Shown: in pieces, positions 11,144-23,692 of the stretch
Layout: each line of letters opens with the position of its first letter
Numbering within the stretch: the stretch's first letter is position 1
DNA from: Octopus bimaculoides
Lineage: Eukaryota
Assembly (NCBI RefSeq): GCF_001194135.2
Contig: NC_068992.1
Location: forward strand, 43,340,520-43,385,332
Length of the DNA stretch: 44,813 nt
Reading direction: 5' to 3'
Notes under the pieces: generated by a model
The model's database searches: none
What the model saw: only the letters and a program-made list of their open reading frames with translations
Told to the model about the DNA's origin: nothing
Made by a program: the position numbers and the translations under genes

Positions 11144-13170
11144 GATCTCAATGTTTGTTTACATCTGACGTCGCGATACGAAACGTTGCAGCAGAATCCA
11201 GTGCTGGCTATAAGTTCTATAGAATATAACCTTAATAAAATAATGTAAAGTGCACTGCTAACACAGTAGAACGTGTTGTTGACTTATAAAAACATTTAAC
11301 ATACTTTATAGTATATTATGGTTACATACCGAAATGCCACGTACCTACAAATCATTAATAGTAAATTTTAAATTATTTTCATTTATGTAAGAGTTTATAT
11401 AAATAAATGCTTTGCAAAAGATAAGACGATGGACTTCGGTCAAGATCGTGATTCAACTGCACAATGACACATAGAAAAGGAAATCATAAAATATATATTA
11501 AAATAGATATACGTCATTTAGTCAGACCTAAGTTTAAGTAACGTACTTTTGTAGCAAACATCAGGAAGGAAAAAATGGAATAGATGAAATGGTGTTGTTG
11601 TTTTTGGACGAGACCACGCTGTGACTATCACAAAATATAAACTTATTGAATGAAATACTGCGACTGCAGAATCACGCTAAAATATTAATTCAGTATGTGT
11701 TTACTTCGTACAAACTTCTGAGCACAACGTGAATTTAAAATTTAAAATCATTTCAAATTCATATACGAGTTAATATAAATGCATGTGTACGTGTGGGGGT
11801 GCGTGTGGTTTGTGTGTGTGTGTGTGGGGGGTGATTTTACTAAGAATGATTTTTTTCGCTGCTAGTGTGCATACCAATTTAGCAAATTATGCATCTATTC
11901 TGTTAGAAGGTATAATATTCTTTTGACCGGTAGTTTAATATTCATTCAAGATATTCGTTTGATATTAGTTTGTTGGAGAGAACAATTGGAAATGAAAATA
12001 AATATTCAGTTAAAATCCACTATTTAATGTTTTTATGTATAAATATCAAACTCTAATTTTACACCTAACAAAATACCGCCATTTATTTCTGGATAGAAAA
12101 CGTGTTCAGAATTTTGCTCTTGGAAAATTGGTAAACGAGATTGAAGATCTTATTAAAGACGTATTGAAGAATAGTGCAGCAGTATAGTCAATAAAGGATA
12201 AAAAAAAAAACAATAGTTATCACCGTGTCTAGTGTGTGACTGCTACAACAAACCAATTCATTCAAATATATTTCTCATTGTTGAGTTAAGCGATCGCATT
12301 TATTTATTTTATTTTTAAAGATGTTTTGAACGTAATTGAAATACATTCAGTACCTACGTTTGTTGTATTGAAAGAGAAAATCACAATTTTATGAGAATTC
12401 ATAGAAAGCAATGGAAGCCAAAGTGTATTCTGAAGTAAACTTTATTGAATTGAGAATACGCTTTGAGGAGTATTAAAGAAAGACTTTTAATGATATTCTA
12501 GGGAAGTGATCCTCAAAGCGGACGGTAGCGCCTCTCCGGATGGAACGGTGAGGAAATTTATATAGATAATGGTGACAAAGGATGCAGTAGGGTGGGAGAT
12601 AGATACATCTTTTAATCGCCTGAATTTCAAAAAGTTTCTTCAATTTTTATTCTGTGTGCGAGTCATCAGGTTACATTAATGTCCGAAGTATTTCTTTCAC
12701 GTTACAAAATATTCTGATGATAATGATCGAACTATCACCAAGAATTCTCTTTTCTTTTCTTTTGTTTTCTTTTTTTTTTTTTTCTTTTGGTAGGTCGTGG
12801 GGATGGTGGATGAATTAGATGTTACTGGGTTGCAACAAGGGAGGTTCGAAAAGGTGAGAGTAAAACAAAGTGGGCGATAGTTAAGAATGCTTGAGATGTA
12901 CTGCTCTTAACCGAAAGCAGCTACATTTCGCAGAAATACTTTAGTTAATTCTTCAAGTACCATGAAGATTTAATACGTCGTTAGTACAGNNNNNNNNNNT
13001 TTAGTTAATTCTTCAAGTACCATGAAGATTTAATACGTCGTTAGTACAGTAAGCTGTTAAGCTACAGATATAACATAACCCCTGGATTAAACATATTTGA
13101 ATATTTAATTCTGTCTCATGATTCTATATTTGCCTTCTGATATACGACAGTGTCGTTCCAATTATTCACT

Positions 13171-13239
<69 letters not shown>

Positions 13240-13494
13240 CTTCCTCCCTTTTCTCTCTCTCTCTCTCCCTATCTTTCTTCCTCTAGACCTAAGAGACAGT
13301 AAGATCACAGTTCACGTTGGAATTTCTTTCAACGTAGATTAGGTTGGTCATAGCTGGCATGGGCTTACAAAAAAATCATCGGCGGCAGCAATACATTTAA
13401 ACATGACAGCCATTGTTTTCCAATTTACGTTGGGTGATAATTTTCGTTTTAAAATAGTCCCAAAACATTTCATTTGGAAAACAGAAGAGAGTCG

Positions 13495-13600
13495 TTTATA
13501 CCCAAGTACCAGTACTTCGAAATCGGAGGGATAACAGCAAAGTCAGCCCTGGTAGGTCGACTTTGCAGTTAAAGTGTAAATATAACAAAACACCAAATAC
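13495..13600 (-). mobile_element. Degenerate SINE S1-like fragment
   Basis: AAGTACCAGTAC...GGAGGGATAACAGCAAAGTCAGCCCTGG is the reverse complement of a decayed S1 core. Confidence 0.4.
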
Positions 13601-13672
13601 CACTTTCTCTGAAAGGCTACCGATTCTGCCATTTACCGTTTTACACTCATGAGGTGAATGGCAGAATCGGTT

Positions 13673-13731
<59 letters not shown>

Positions 13732-13927
13732 ATCTGTTTATCTATATATCTTTCTTTCACTTTCTCTTTCGCGCTCACTCTCCAGCTGCCACATCCTAGA
13801 AGAGACAACCTAGAGGTGGTTATCGGTTTTTCTTCTCATGGATCAATTGTGAAAAGCACGAGTGGGTGTCTATCTACGTAGGACTTCATGGGCACCTACA
13901 TCTTATCATGTCACAATAGCCAAAGTG

Positions 13928-13930
13928 TAT

Positions 13931-14022
<92 letters not shown>

Positions 14023-14027
14023 ATAGT

Positions 14028-14090
<63 letters not shown>
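13928..14090. repeat. (TA)n(GA)n(GATA)n compound microsatellite
   Basis: Directly visible. Confidence 0.95.
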
Positions 14091-14134
14091 GGCGTGCTTG
14101 TTTCAATTTCCGTCTATCAGATCTACCCACAAGG

Positions 14135-14250
14135 TTTTATTCGGGCCGCGTGAAAAGTAGCATATACTTGCACAAGGTGTCACGCAGCGGGACAGAACCC
14201 AAAACTATGTGGTTGTGAAGTAAACTTCTTACCACACAGCCATGCCTACA
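14135..14250 (-). mobile_element. SINE S2 5' head fragment
   Basis: Reverse complement AGGCATGGCTGTGTGGTAAGAAGTTTACTTCACAACCACATAGTTTTGGGTTCTGTCCCGCTGCGTGACACCTTGTGCAAGT matches the head of the copy at 34007. Confidence 0.7.
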
Positions 14251-15411
14251 TTTATACACACATATATACTTGTATGTATGCATGTATGTATGTATGTATG
14301 TATATATGTACAGGTAGGCGTATATCTATTATTTAAGCTGAATAAAACTTCACGAGACTACGCTAGCTTTTGGATCATCTGGTATTAATGGAGTTAACAA
14401 TAAGCATGTGTTTATATACACATAGTTTTATAATACCGTTGAAATCTCGCCAAAAGTTTGAAAATTAAGTTGTAATTTGAGTGGTTGTCAAAATCCAACA
14501 GAGCGAATGTAATAATTTACAGCTTACGAATAGAAAATAGAAATGAAAATGAGAAAATGTGAATAAGGAAAGAAACATAAAAAGATACAATTAAACTATC
14601 TATACCAATGGTATAACAAACTCATATGCATATATATATACACATATAAATATGTATATATATATGTATATATATATATATATATATATNNNNNNNNNNN
14701 NNNNNNNNNNNNNNNNNNNNNNNNNNNNNNNNNNNNNNNNNNNNNNNNNNNNNNNNNNNNNNNNNNNNNNNNNNNNNNNNNNNNNNNNNNNNNNNNNNNN
14801 NNNNNNNNNNNNNNNNNNNNNNNNNNNNNNNNNNNNNNNNNNNNNNNNNNNNNNNNNNNNNNNNNNNNNNNNNNNNNNNNNNNNNNNNNNNNNNNNNNNN
14901 NNNNNNNNNNNNNNNNNNNNNNNNNNNNNNNNNNNNNNNNNNNNNNNNNNNNNNNNNNNNNNNNNNNNNNNNNNNNNNNNNNNNNNNNNNNNNNNNNNNN
15001 NNNNNNNNNNNNNNNNNNNNNNNNNNNNNNNNNNNNNNNNNNNNNNNNNNNNNNNNNNNNNNNNNNNNNNNNNNNNNNNNNNNNNNNNNNNNNNNNNNNN
15101 NNNNNNNNNNNNNNNNNNNNNNNNNNNNNNNNNNNNNNNNNNNNNNNNNNNNNNNNNNNNNNNNNNNNNNNNNNNNNNNNNNNNNNNNNNNNNNNNNNNN
15201 NNNNNNNNNNNNNNNNNNNNNNNNNNNNNNNNNNNNNNNNNNNNNNNNNNNNNNNNNNNNNNNNNNNNNNNNNNNNNNNNNNNNNNNNNNNNNNNNNNNN
15301 NNNNNNNNNNNNNNNNNNNNNNNNNNNNNNNNNNNNNNNNNNNNNNNNNNNNNNNNNNNNNNNNNNNNNNNNNNNNNNNNNNNNNNNNNNNNNNNNNNNN
15401 NNNNNNNNNNN

Positions 15412-15785
15412 TATATATTTGTAAGTCCTGGTGTTTTTCTTATGTATTTGTCTGAATATTTTTTTTATTATACCTAAGGCACCTACTATGATAGGAATTG
15501 TTTCTGTTTTTAGATTCCATATTCGAGTTACCTCTATTTCCAGGTCTTTGTATTTTGAAAGGTTTTCCATTTCTTTTAGGGAAACGTTGTCATCTGCTGG
15601 TATTGATACATCAATTAGGAAGCATTTTTTTTCTTCATGATCTTTGACAACTATATCTGGTCTATTGGCCTTAATTTCTCTATCTGTGTGTATTGGCATA
15701 TCCCATAGAATGGTTGCTTTCTCGTTTTCTGTGACCTTTTCTGGCGTGTGTTTATACCATCTTTTTTCTGTTGTTATTCCAAGTT
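15412..15785 (-). mobile_element. R4/Dong-like non-LTR retrotransposon, 5'-truncated RLE endonuclease fragment (family A); 3' end lost in the N gap
   Basis: GITTEKRWYKHTPEKVTENEKATILWDMPIHTDREIKANRPDIVVKDHEEKKCFLIDVSIPADDNVSLKEMENLSKYKDLEIEVTRIWNLKTETIPIIVGALG: RPD..D..K..KY..L restriction-like endonuclease signature. Confidence 0.9.
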
Positions 15786-17134
15786 TTGATAAAGTCTTTG
15801 GTAAAATTGTTCATTGTTATTCATTAGTTTAATTATGAAAAGTACTGAGGTCCATATTGATAGGAAAAAGTGTATTTCAATCTTCAAGTGATTATACTCT
15901 GTGATGCTCGCCTTTGAAAATTGCATGAATATTCCGTATTTTTATCTCGGGTCTGGACATGCTTACCAGGTTAAAATTCCTTTAGGAATAATGGCCACCT
16001 GAAAGAAAAGTTTCACAGCATCTAACAGCTGATGGATATTGTGAGGACATTTCAGATGTGCAAAGCCTACAGTTACATAGACTTTACAATATCGATTGGT
16101 TCTGTTAAAATATCTCGCGTTATAATAGGACGGTCGTTGGTGTAGTGTTTGTAATTGGACGATAGACGTGGTGCTCCCCTTGTTCTTAAATGTAGATTGT
16201 ATATTTCATTGAATTTGTAAAGTGTCAGCCTGTGCAATTTCTTCAGGTGCCGCTAGCTGGTCTAATTGATTCTCGATATAGCAATTCTTTGAAGGAGCTA
16301 AAATATTTGAACGGATAAAAGCATCAATTTTGACAATTATAAAAAATGTTTGTTGGGGAGGAGCTGTTAAATGCTCGGTTTTAGAGGTGTTTAATGGTGA
16401 AAACATTGTTATTGCGGCACGAATAGCTAATATTATCAATGTATACCTTGAAGGGGATACATTTCTGCATATATGGATAGTAGGAGCAATACGGAATTCT
16501 CCACCAAGTCTGAGTTGTGGGGAACGTATAAGGCTAGGCCAGATTACATTCCTCTTCGTAGTTTTCCTCTGAATTGTGACGGAAGAATTCTACATATTAT
16601 CGTGGAGGAGTGTCTGTAAAAGTAGCTAATTAGAGCCTCGTGATAAATGGAGCTGCTATGTGGAAAATTTTACAGGGTATCAATCGACTCTCATATCGAT
16701 ACTGGTTCTCACGCTTTTTGCTATATACTGTGGATGATTTACGTTTCTGTGATTGTATGCAGTCCAGTTGTGTGGAATCTTATAACTATTCAGTGCTTAC
16801 CAGTCGCAGAGAAAATAGTTATCACTAAGATGTTTCTAATACATATATTCCATTAAAACACTTTTAAATCTGTCAGCATAATCTTTCATACTACATAGCC
16901 AATTTCAAAGCCATCATTTCTGTAGATACCGGAGCTACGTCTCAGATCCGCCACCTTCTTTGAATGACAATTCTGCATGGAGACGTAGAGCAGTGTGTTC
17001 CCCTCCTTTAAAACCTAGAATGAACTGATATGGTGTTGAAATATTTTCCAACGTTTATCACTAACTTTTTGTCTATGTTGACAGTCATAGTGAAATAATT
17101 ACCGAAGTTCAGATGATTTAGATATATGTGTATA

Positions 17135-17289
17135 AGAATGACTATTTGTTTAAGAAGCTCTCTTTGTAACCACTTTGTTTTGGGTTCCGTCCCACAATAC
17201 AGCATCTTGGACAAGGGTCTTTCACCAAAGCCCGTGTCTGTCAAAGCCTTTGGAGTGAATCTGGTTGACTGAAACGCTATGGAAGCTCG

Positions 17290-17327
<38 letters not shown>

Positions 17328-17330
17328 CAA
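17135..17330 (+). mobile_element. SINE S2 5' portion running into (GT)n
   Basis: TAAGAAGCTC...AACCACTTTGTTTTGGGTTCCGTCCCAC...CTTGGACAAG...CAAAGCCTTTGGAGTGAATCTGGTTGACTGAAAC...GGAAGCTCGTCG(TG)n. Confidence 0.65.
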
Positions 17331-17460
17331 GGCACATGGCCTAGTGCTTAGGACGTTGCACTCCTGATCGATAGATCATGAGTTCGATTCCTGGATCAAG
17401 CAGTGCGTTGTATTCAAGAGGGTTTTCATTGACAGGGAAAATGTTGGCCTGCTCGACTTA
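17331..17460 (+). mobile_element. SINE S3 head
   Basis: GGCACATGGCCTAGTGCTTAGG (A box) ... GAGTTCGATTCC (B box). Confidence 0.6.
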
Positions 17461-18108
17461 TATTCATATACATACATACATACACACTTACAGACATACA
17501 TATTTAGAAAGAAACATACATGCATACATACATATACCTGTTGAATCAATCACAAACTTCTTCACACAAAATTTTCTTAAGAAAATACGAAGTTACAACA
17601 ATTTTAATATCATGCTTAGCGAAAGAGAAACCGGTCGGCAAACATAATGCTCTTTCACTCATAAGATGTATTAAAAAGTATGTAATTTATGTACATTTTC
17701 CTACTTTCATCATATATATTTTTTTTATTTTGCATCGAAATTCTCCTCTGCCATTTTTGTTACTATNNNNNNNNNNNNNNNNNNNNNNNNNNNNNNNNNN
17801 NNNNNNNNNNNNNNNNNNNNNNNNNNNNNNNNNNNNNNNNNNNNNNNNNNNNNNNNNNNNNNNNNNNNNNNNNNNNNNNNNNNNNNNNNNNNNNNNNNNN
17901 NNNNNNNNNNNNNNNNNNNNNNNNNNNNNNNNNNNNNNNNNNNNNNNNNNNNNNNNNNNNNNNNNNNNNNNNNNNNNNNNNNNNNNNNNNNNNNNNNNNN
18001 NNNNNNNNNNNNNNNNNNNNNNNNNNNNNNNNNNNNNNNNNNNNNNNNNNNNNNNNNNNNNNNNNNNNNNNNNNNNNNNNNNNNNNNNNNNNNNNNNNNN
18101 NNNNNNNN

Positions 18109-18198
<90 letters not shown>

Positions 18199-18239
18199 AT
18201 ATATATACATCAATTATTATACATATACGCTTTTATTAA

Positions 18240-18295
18240 CGCAGTCCTCCGTTATGGCCGCAGTCAAATGACTGAAACAAGTAAAGGAAAAGAAG
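18240..18295 (+). mobile_element. SINE S2 3' end
   Basis: ATGGCCGCAGTCAAATGACTGAAACAAGTAAAG, nearly identical to the end of the 34007-34400 copy. Confidence 0.6.
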
Positions 18296-18383
18296 AAAAT
18301 ATCAGTGTGTATGTATGTATATAATTATATATATATTTAATTATATATGTATGTATAATTATATATGCATAATTACCTATGTA

Positions 18384-18431
<48 letters not shown>

Positions 18432-19004
18432 TANNNNNNNNNNTACACTCTGAACTCACATATAGATAAAACATCACATACATACGTATATGCATACATG
18501 CATACATACATACATATAAACATACATACATACATACATACATACATACAGACAGACGTACGTTCATGTATTCGCTGGTTTATTACACGTCTCTGAACCG
18601 TATCGTCGATATACGATGGCTGTATGTTTACAGTTTAGTTTTATGAAACTCTCCACACTGTCTTTCTTCTGTATTGACTAATTGGTATTTACATTTCAGA
18701 CAAACTATTACGTCATCTCACTTATACATTACAATATAAACATACATTCATATGTAAACAAAACAAAAATCCTTTCCGTTTTCTGGACGTCTTCCAAACC
18801 GCCATTGATTTCAATGCTAACTTATAAAACTTTTCTGCTTCAGGAAAATATTTTTAAAAAAATACTGTTTATATTATTTCCAAATATAGATTAATAAATA
18901 AATATTCGTGGTGTTATTGTTATTGTTGGTGTTATATAAATAACAAGAGCCATAATAATGATAACTATTATTGTTGTTGTTATTATTGGATTATTAAAAT
19001 CATT

Positions 19005-19226
19005 GGACCAAAAGTAAAAAGAAAAATCGTGTACAAAATCCTTGCGGTATTTCTGCAGGACTTTTACGTTCTGAGCTCGAATTCCGCCGTGGCCAACATT
19101 GTCTTTCATCCTCCCGCGGTCAATAAAATAAATATCTCTGAAGCACTGGGGTCGATATGCGACCAAGCAGTCCAAGCACCACAAATTTCTGACCTAGCAC
19201 CAAAATTAGAAACAGTTATTATTATT
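19005..19226 (+). mobile_element. Diverged SINE S1 with (ATT)n tail
   Basis: TTTACGTTCTGAGCTCGAATTCCGCCGTGGCCAAC...CACTGGGGTCGAT...CAAAATTAGAAACAGTTATTATTATT. Confidence 0.6.
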
Positions 19227-19231
19227 TTCAA

Positions 19232-19457
19232 AGCGTTAAACTGGTAAAATCATTACCGTGCCGGTTCGAATGCTTAGCAGCATTTCTTCCGATCTTTACA
19301 TCCTGAGTTCAGTTGCCACCGAATTTGACTTTCATTCCATCAGGATCGACTAAATAAAGGACTAGTTGAGTCCTGGGGTTGATCTATTCGCCTAGCATCC
19401 TCTCTGAACAAGATTTCAGGCATTGTGCCTATAGTAGAAAGGATCATCATTATTATT
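19232..19457 (+). mobile_element. Diverged SINE S1 (A-type) whose (ATT)n tail abuts the retroelement array
   Basis: GAATGCTTAGCAGCATTTC...CTGAGTTCAG...GGCATTGTGCCTATAGTAGAAAGGATCATCATTATTATT. Confidence 0.7.
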
Positions 19458-19459
19458 TT

Positions 19460-20012
19460 TGAGTGAGAGAGCAGTGCATGCCATCAAAGCGAGGCTGGGG
19501 TACAAATATACGAAGCCCAGTGTACCCATCATGACTACTCGTTTGATAAGGGTACACCAGGCACATGCATCACAAACATCTGCGCGAAAAGGTGATCTCA
19601 TATCAAGATTAAGAGCGCATGACCTTGCAGGTGGGGCCCAGTTAGAGTTTTCTTCAGGTCGAGTAGCCCATCCCGCTCAAAAGGTCCCTCAATAAGGGTT
19701 GTTTAAGGATGTTGAACGAAAGACCCATGTTTCCAAAGGTGAGTTATTCAAACCCCAAAGAATTCCTCTCAACACATGTCTATGATGTTTCCCACTACTT
19801 CTACTCGTGATCAGAGATGCACATATCGTCAGCCATTAAGGGACAGACTCAACAGGTTAAGTTCAAACAAGTGACAAGCAAATCTGTGATATTGAGTAGA
19901 ATATTTAATGTAGCTTATCTTTTATACCAAGGAAAACAGTATACATGATAACACTTCCAATCAGTTGAGATGAGAAGTCATGAAAGCCACTGCCTGATAC
20001 TGCATCGGGGTA

Positions 20013-20013
<1 letters not shown>
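19460..20013 (-). mobile_element. ~550-bp TAA-flanked non-autonomous element, copy 1
   Basis: Clear end-to-end similarity to 22984-23529 and 23693-24253; flanked by (TAA)n. Strand is inferred from tail polarity shared with the neighbouring R4-like LINEs. Confidence 0.8.

Positions 20014-20067
<54 letters not shown>
20014..20067. repeat. (ATT)n/(TAA)n microsatellite, array spacer
   Basis: Directly visible. Confidence 0.98.
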
Positions 20068-20070
<3 letters not shown>

Positions 20071-20322
20071 TAGTTTTATTTTTATAACGTGCTTTCACTT
20101 CACTACCGAGCGCAGCTCTGTGCGCCTTGGGTACGTGCTGTGGTTTGCTGTGGTGCTCTTATGTTTACTGTATTGAAAGTGTTTTGCGTAGAATGTGTGC
20201 AGTACCCAGTAGTGCAATTTTCTGTATGTTATATATATTTATAAGTCCTCGTGTTTTTCTTATGTATTTGTCTGAATATTTTTTTTATTATACCTAAGGC
20301 ACCTACTATGATAGGAATTGTT
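20068..20322 (-). mobile_element. R4/Dong-like LINE 3' end (family A), 5'-truncated, (TAA)n on both sides
   Basis: TIPIIVGALGII, then after a frameshift KYSDKYIRKTRGLINIYNIQKIALLGTAHILRKTLSIQ*, a ~100-nt 3' UTR and an (AAT)n tail. Near-identical to 15412-15502. Confidence 0.9.
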
Positions 20323-20329
20323 ATTATTA

Positions 20330-20408
<79 letters not shown>

Positions 20409-20440
20409 CATCATTATTATTTTTATTATTATTATTATCA
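20323..20440. repeat. (ATT)n microsatellite, array spacer
   Basis: Directly visible. Confidence 0.98.
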
Positions 20441-20583
20441 TATACATTCAACAGATTAAACTGTTGGAAAAGAAAAAATCCTAACTCTGGGCTACAACAA
20501 GTAACCTTATATGCCAAGAACCCTCAACAGTATCCTTCCTGCCCCTAATAACACTGTTTTCTGGAGCTGTACAAAACTGGATT
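20441..20583 (-). mobile_element. R4/Dong-like LINE extreme 3' end (family C)
   Basis: Minus frame reads VQLQKTVLLGAGRILLRVLGI*, homologous to the family A terminus QKIALLGTAHILRKTL; followed by a short UTR and (ATA)n. Confidence 0.7.
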
Positions 20584-20584
20584 T

Positions 20585-22983
20585 TTATTATTATTATTTC
20601 TTTTTTATTACAGGTTTTGTTGGAACTGCTGGACTGTTGCGTAGCGGGCTTGGTACCATGCTATCCGTTCTTTTCAGTTATCTAATACTTTCCTTATTAT
20701 TATTTTTGTAACAGTTCTACTGGGCACTCTATTCTGATTTCCTCTATATTCTTCTTGACACCTGATACTGTTCCCTAGGATCCAACGATAATCGACACTA
20801 TCTTCACCTTCCTCATTTTCCATAGCCGGGCTATTTCGTACTTAAGAGGGTTGCATCTATCTTTTTATTGTCTTCCTTCTTGACTATTCGTGGGTCAAAG
20901 GTGTATGTAGCATCAACTATATAGTGCATGTGGTGCATCATGTCGACCACCACTAGAACCGGTCTGTTATGCTCCAACACCTGATCTGTTTGGATTGGGA
21001 AATTCCACAGGATTTTGCTAATCTCCGACTCCGCCACTCTCTGCGGTTTGTTCTCATACCATGTTTCGCCTCTCTCTAGCCCCCACTTTTCACACAGTTT
21101 CCAATATAGCACTTTCGTTACCTGACCATGTCTCCACAACTTATAGTGGCTTTCGTCATTTGTTTTTGATATCGGCAATGGGTTCATCCACTCAGATGCG
21201 GCACAGCGGAGACACTTGCTCATTCTTAAGTTTGGCCTTCCAATTCGTGGCCAAAGCTTGGTCTTCCGCTACCAGTATAGTGCTCTCAGTCTCTTTCTGT
21301 AGTGTTCCTTTCCTCACCTGTTGTGCCTACATGGAATTGATGATGTACTCACTTCTTGCGTAATTCTTCGTCATGTTCTTCTTATACTCCTTCCTTTATT
21401 TTCCCTTTTTTTCTCTGCTCTCAATATTCCCTCGTTCCTGACTGTCATTAGCAAGGTTTCCTTACTTTAGGCTAGGTATCTCATTAAACTCTCGAGTTCG
21501 ATACGGACACAGTCTTCCACACTTATCAGTCCCCTTTCTACATTTGTTCTCTTCATGTATAGGTGATCAGTGTCTGCAGGTGGATGATGGGCTCCATGCA
21601 TCTTTATGAGCTTTCTTGACTTCCTGTCCATCTCCTTTAGCTCCTCCTCTGTCCGCTTCAGGATTCCAGTGCCATACCGACCTTCTGCAACTGCGCGCGT
21701 GTTTATTGCCGAAATTAAGATTCTGGCATTCAGCTTTGAAACCAATATTTTTCTCACTCGCCATAGGTACTCTCTTTCTGTCTTTTCCTTTATGCTGTGG
21801 TGTTTGATTCAATCTGCCTCAAGTATTCTCAGGTATTTATAGCTGGATTGAGGTTGCATTGCCTTCATTAGTTCACCACTTGGCAACCCTATGCCTTCTG
21901 TTCTGACGAGCTTTCCTCGTTTCATCACCATCGTAGCACGTTTTGAGAGCCCAAACTTCATTTTAATATCATTGGAGAAATTCTACACAGACTGGACTAG
22001 ACTGTCCAGTTCTGCCTCACATTTATGAATAACAAGTCGTCCATGAATAACAAGTGCTTCAGTTTTTTCTTACCTCTTCCCAGGTCATACCCCAGCTTTG
22101 TTTTCTGTAGTATTTCACTCAAGGGGATCATTCCCAGCACAAAAATCAGTGGGGTCACATTGTCCCTCTGGAAGATTCCTCTCTTGATTTTCACCTCTCC
22201 TAATACTTGATTCCCTGCTGTCAATTCTGTTCGCCAACATTTCATATTGTTCCATATAAGGTTTCTGATGTTTCCTGCTACTCCATATATTTCCATTGTT
22301 CTTATTATCCGGCAGTCTGATATCATATCGTATGCTTTACGATAATCAATCCATGCCATACTCAGGTTTGTGTGTCTTCTTTTGCAGTTTCTGATAATTA
22401 CATAATCGATTAAGAGTTGATCCTTCATTCCCCCGACTCCTCTTTCGACACCATTTCTGTTCAGTAGCAGCCCATTTTTTACGAAGTATCTCTACAGTTC
22501 ACTGGCCAAAGCACCTGATATTAGTTGCCACATTAGCGAAAGACACGTAATTGGTCGAAAGATGGATGGAACTTTTCCCTTTCCAGGATCCTTGACGCAT
22601 AACAATGTTTTTTCCCCCTTTGTCATCTAGCTGGGTACTGCGTCTTCCTGCAAGCACTCATCTAGCAGTTTCGCAATCCTTTGATGGGAGCCCTCCCAGC
22701 TTCTTCATCCAATAACCTTGGACTCCATCTGGTCCTGAACTCTTCTAATTTCGGAATTCTCTTAACTGCTTTTTTATCATTCCTGCGGTTATTTTTATGT
22801 CTTCTTGGCCTTCTATATTTCTTAACCTATCATGAATTTCATGCAGCCACTCCACTTCATCGTTATGCTCTACAATTTAGTTCCAGATCCCTCTCCAGAA
22901 TGCACTGCTTTCCTCTGCATCTGACATCATTGTTACGTGTAACTGCCAATCTAGTTCCTGAAACAGTTTCTTCTAATTTTTTT
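20585..22983 (-). pseudogene. R4/Dong-like LINE (family B), 5'-truncated; RT, thumb, zinc knuckle and RLE disrupted by stops and frameshifts
   Basis: GPDGVQGYWMKKL; FRPITCLSLMWQL; [20 protein letters not shown]; [18 protein letters not shown]; HLLFMDDL; KLNARILISAINTRAV; RHGQVTKVLYWKLC; ILWNFPIQTDQVLEHNRP. 3' UTR ends in AATAATAATAA at 20585-20597. Confidence 0.95.
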
Positions 22984-23526
22984 CAATGAAAAAGCAGCGC
23001 ATTCCTTCAAAGTGACACTAGAGTACAAATATACAAAGCCCAATATACCCAACATGACTACACATCTGATAAAGGTACACCAAATACATGCATCACAACC
23101 GTATGTACGTGACATATTGATCTCATATCTAAATAAACTGTGCATGACCTTGCAGATGGGGCCCAGTTAGAATTCTCTTCAGGTTGATTAGCCCATTCCG
23201 CTCGAATGGTGACTGAACAAAGTTTGTTTAAGGATGTTGAACGAAACACCTAAATTTCCAGAAGTGAATTATTGAAATCCCAAAGAATTCCTCTCGACAA
23301 ATGGCTATGATGTTGCCCCACTACTTCTGCTCATGATCGGAGATGCACATATCATCAGCCACTCAACTGATTAAGGTCAAGCAACTGAGAAACAAATCAG
23401 TGATATTGAGCAGAATATTTGCTGTAGCCCATCTTTTATACCAAGACAAAACAATGTACATGATAACACTTCCAATCAGTTAAGATCAAAAGCCATGAGA
23501 GCTAATGTCTGGTACTGCATCAGGGC

Positions 23527-23529
<3 letters not shown>
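22984..23529 (-). mobile_element. ~550-bp TAA-flanked non-autonomous element, copy 2
   Basis: Homologous to copies 1 and 3; abuts the truncated 5' end of the family B LINE. Confidence 0.8.
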
Positions 23530-23596
<67 letters not shown>

Positions 23597-23613
23597 TATT
23601 ATTATTATTATCA

Positions 23614-23678
<65 letters not shown>

Positions 23679-23690
23679 TATTTTTATTTT
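23530..23690. repeat. (ATT)n microsatellite, array spacer
   Basis: Directly visible. Confidence 0.98.
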
Positions 23691-23692
23691 TT

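Noticed and set aside
12940-13049. Exact 50-bp tandem duplication around a 10-N gap
   Set aside because: Typical unmerged contig overlap in a scaffold; assembly artefact.
16206-16572. Overlapping 77-80-aa ORFs on both strands
   Set aside because: No motif recognised; length is within chance expectation.
23300-23365. Hammerhead-like CUGAYGA ... GAAG ... UA-GCCAU inside the 550-bp element (minus strand)
   Set aside because: GAAG replaces GAAA, stems II and III pair poorly, and the core is deleted in copy 3; worth retesting only on a family consensus.
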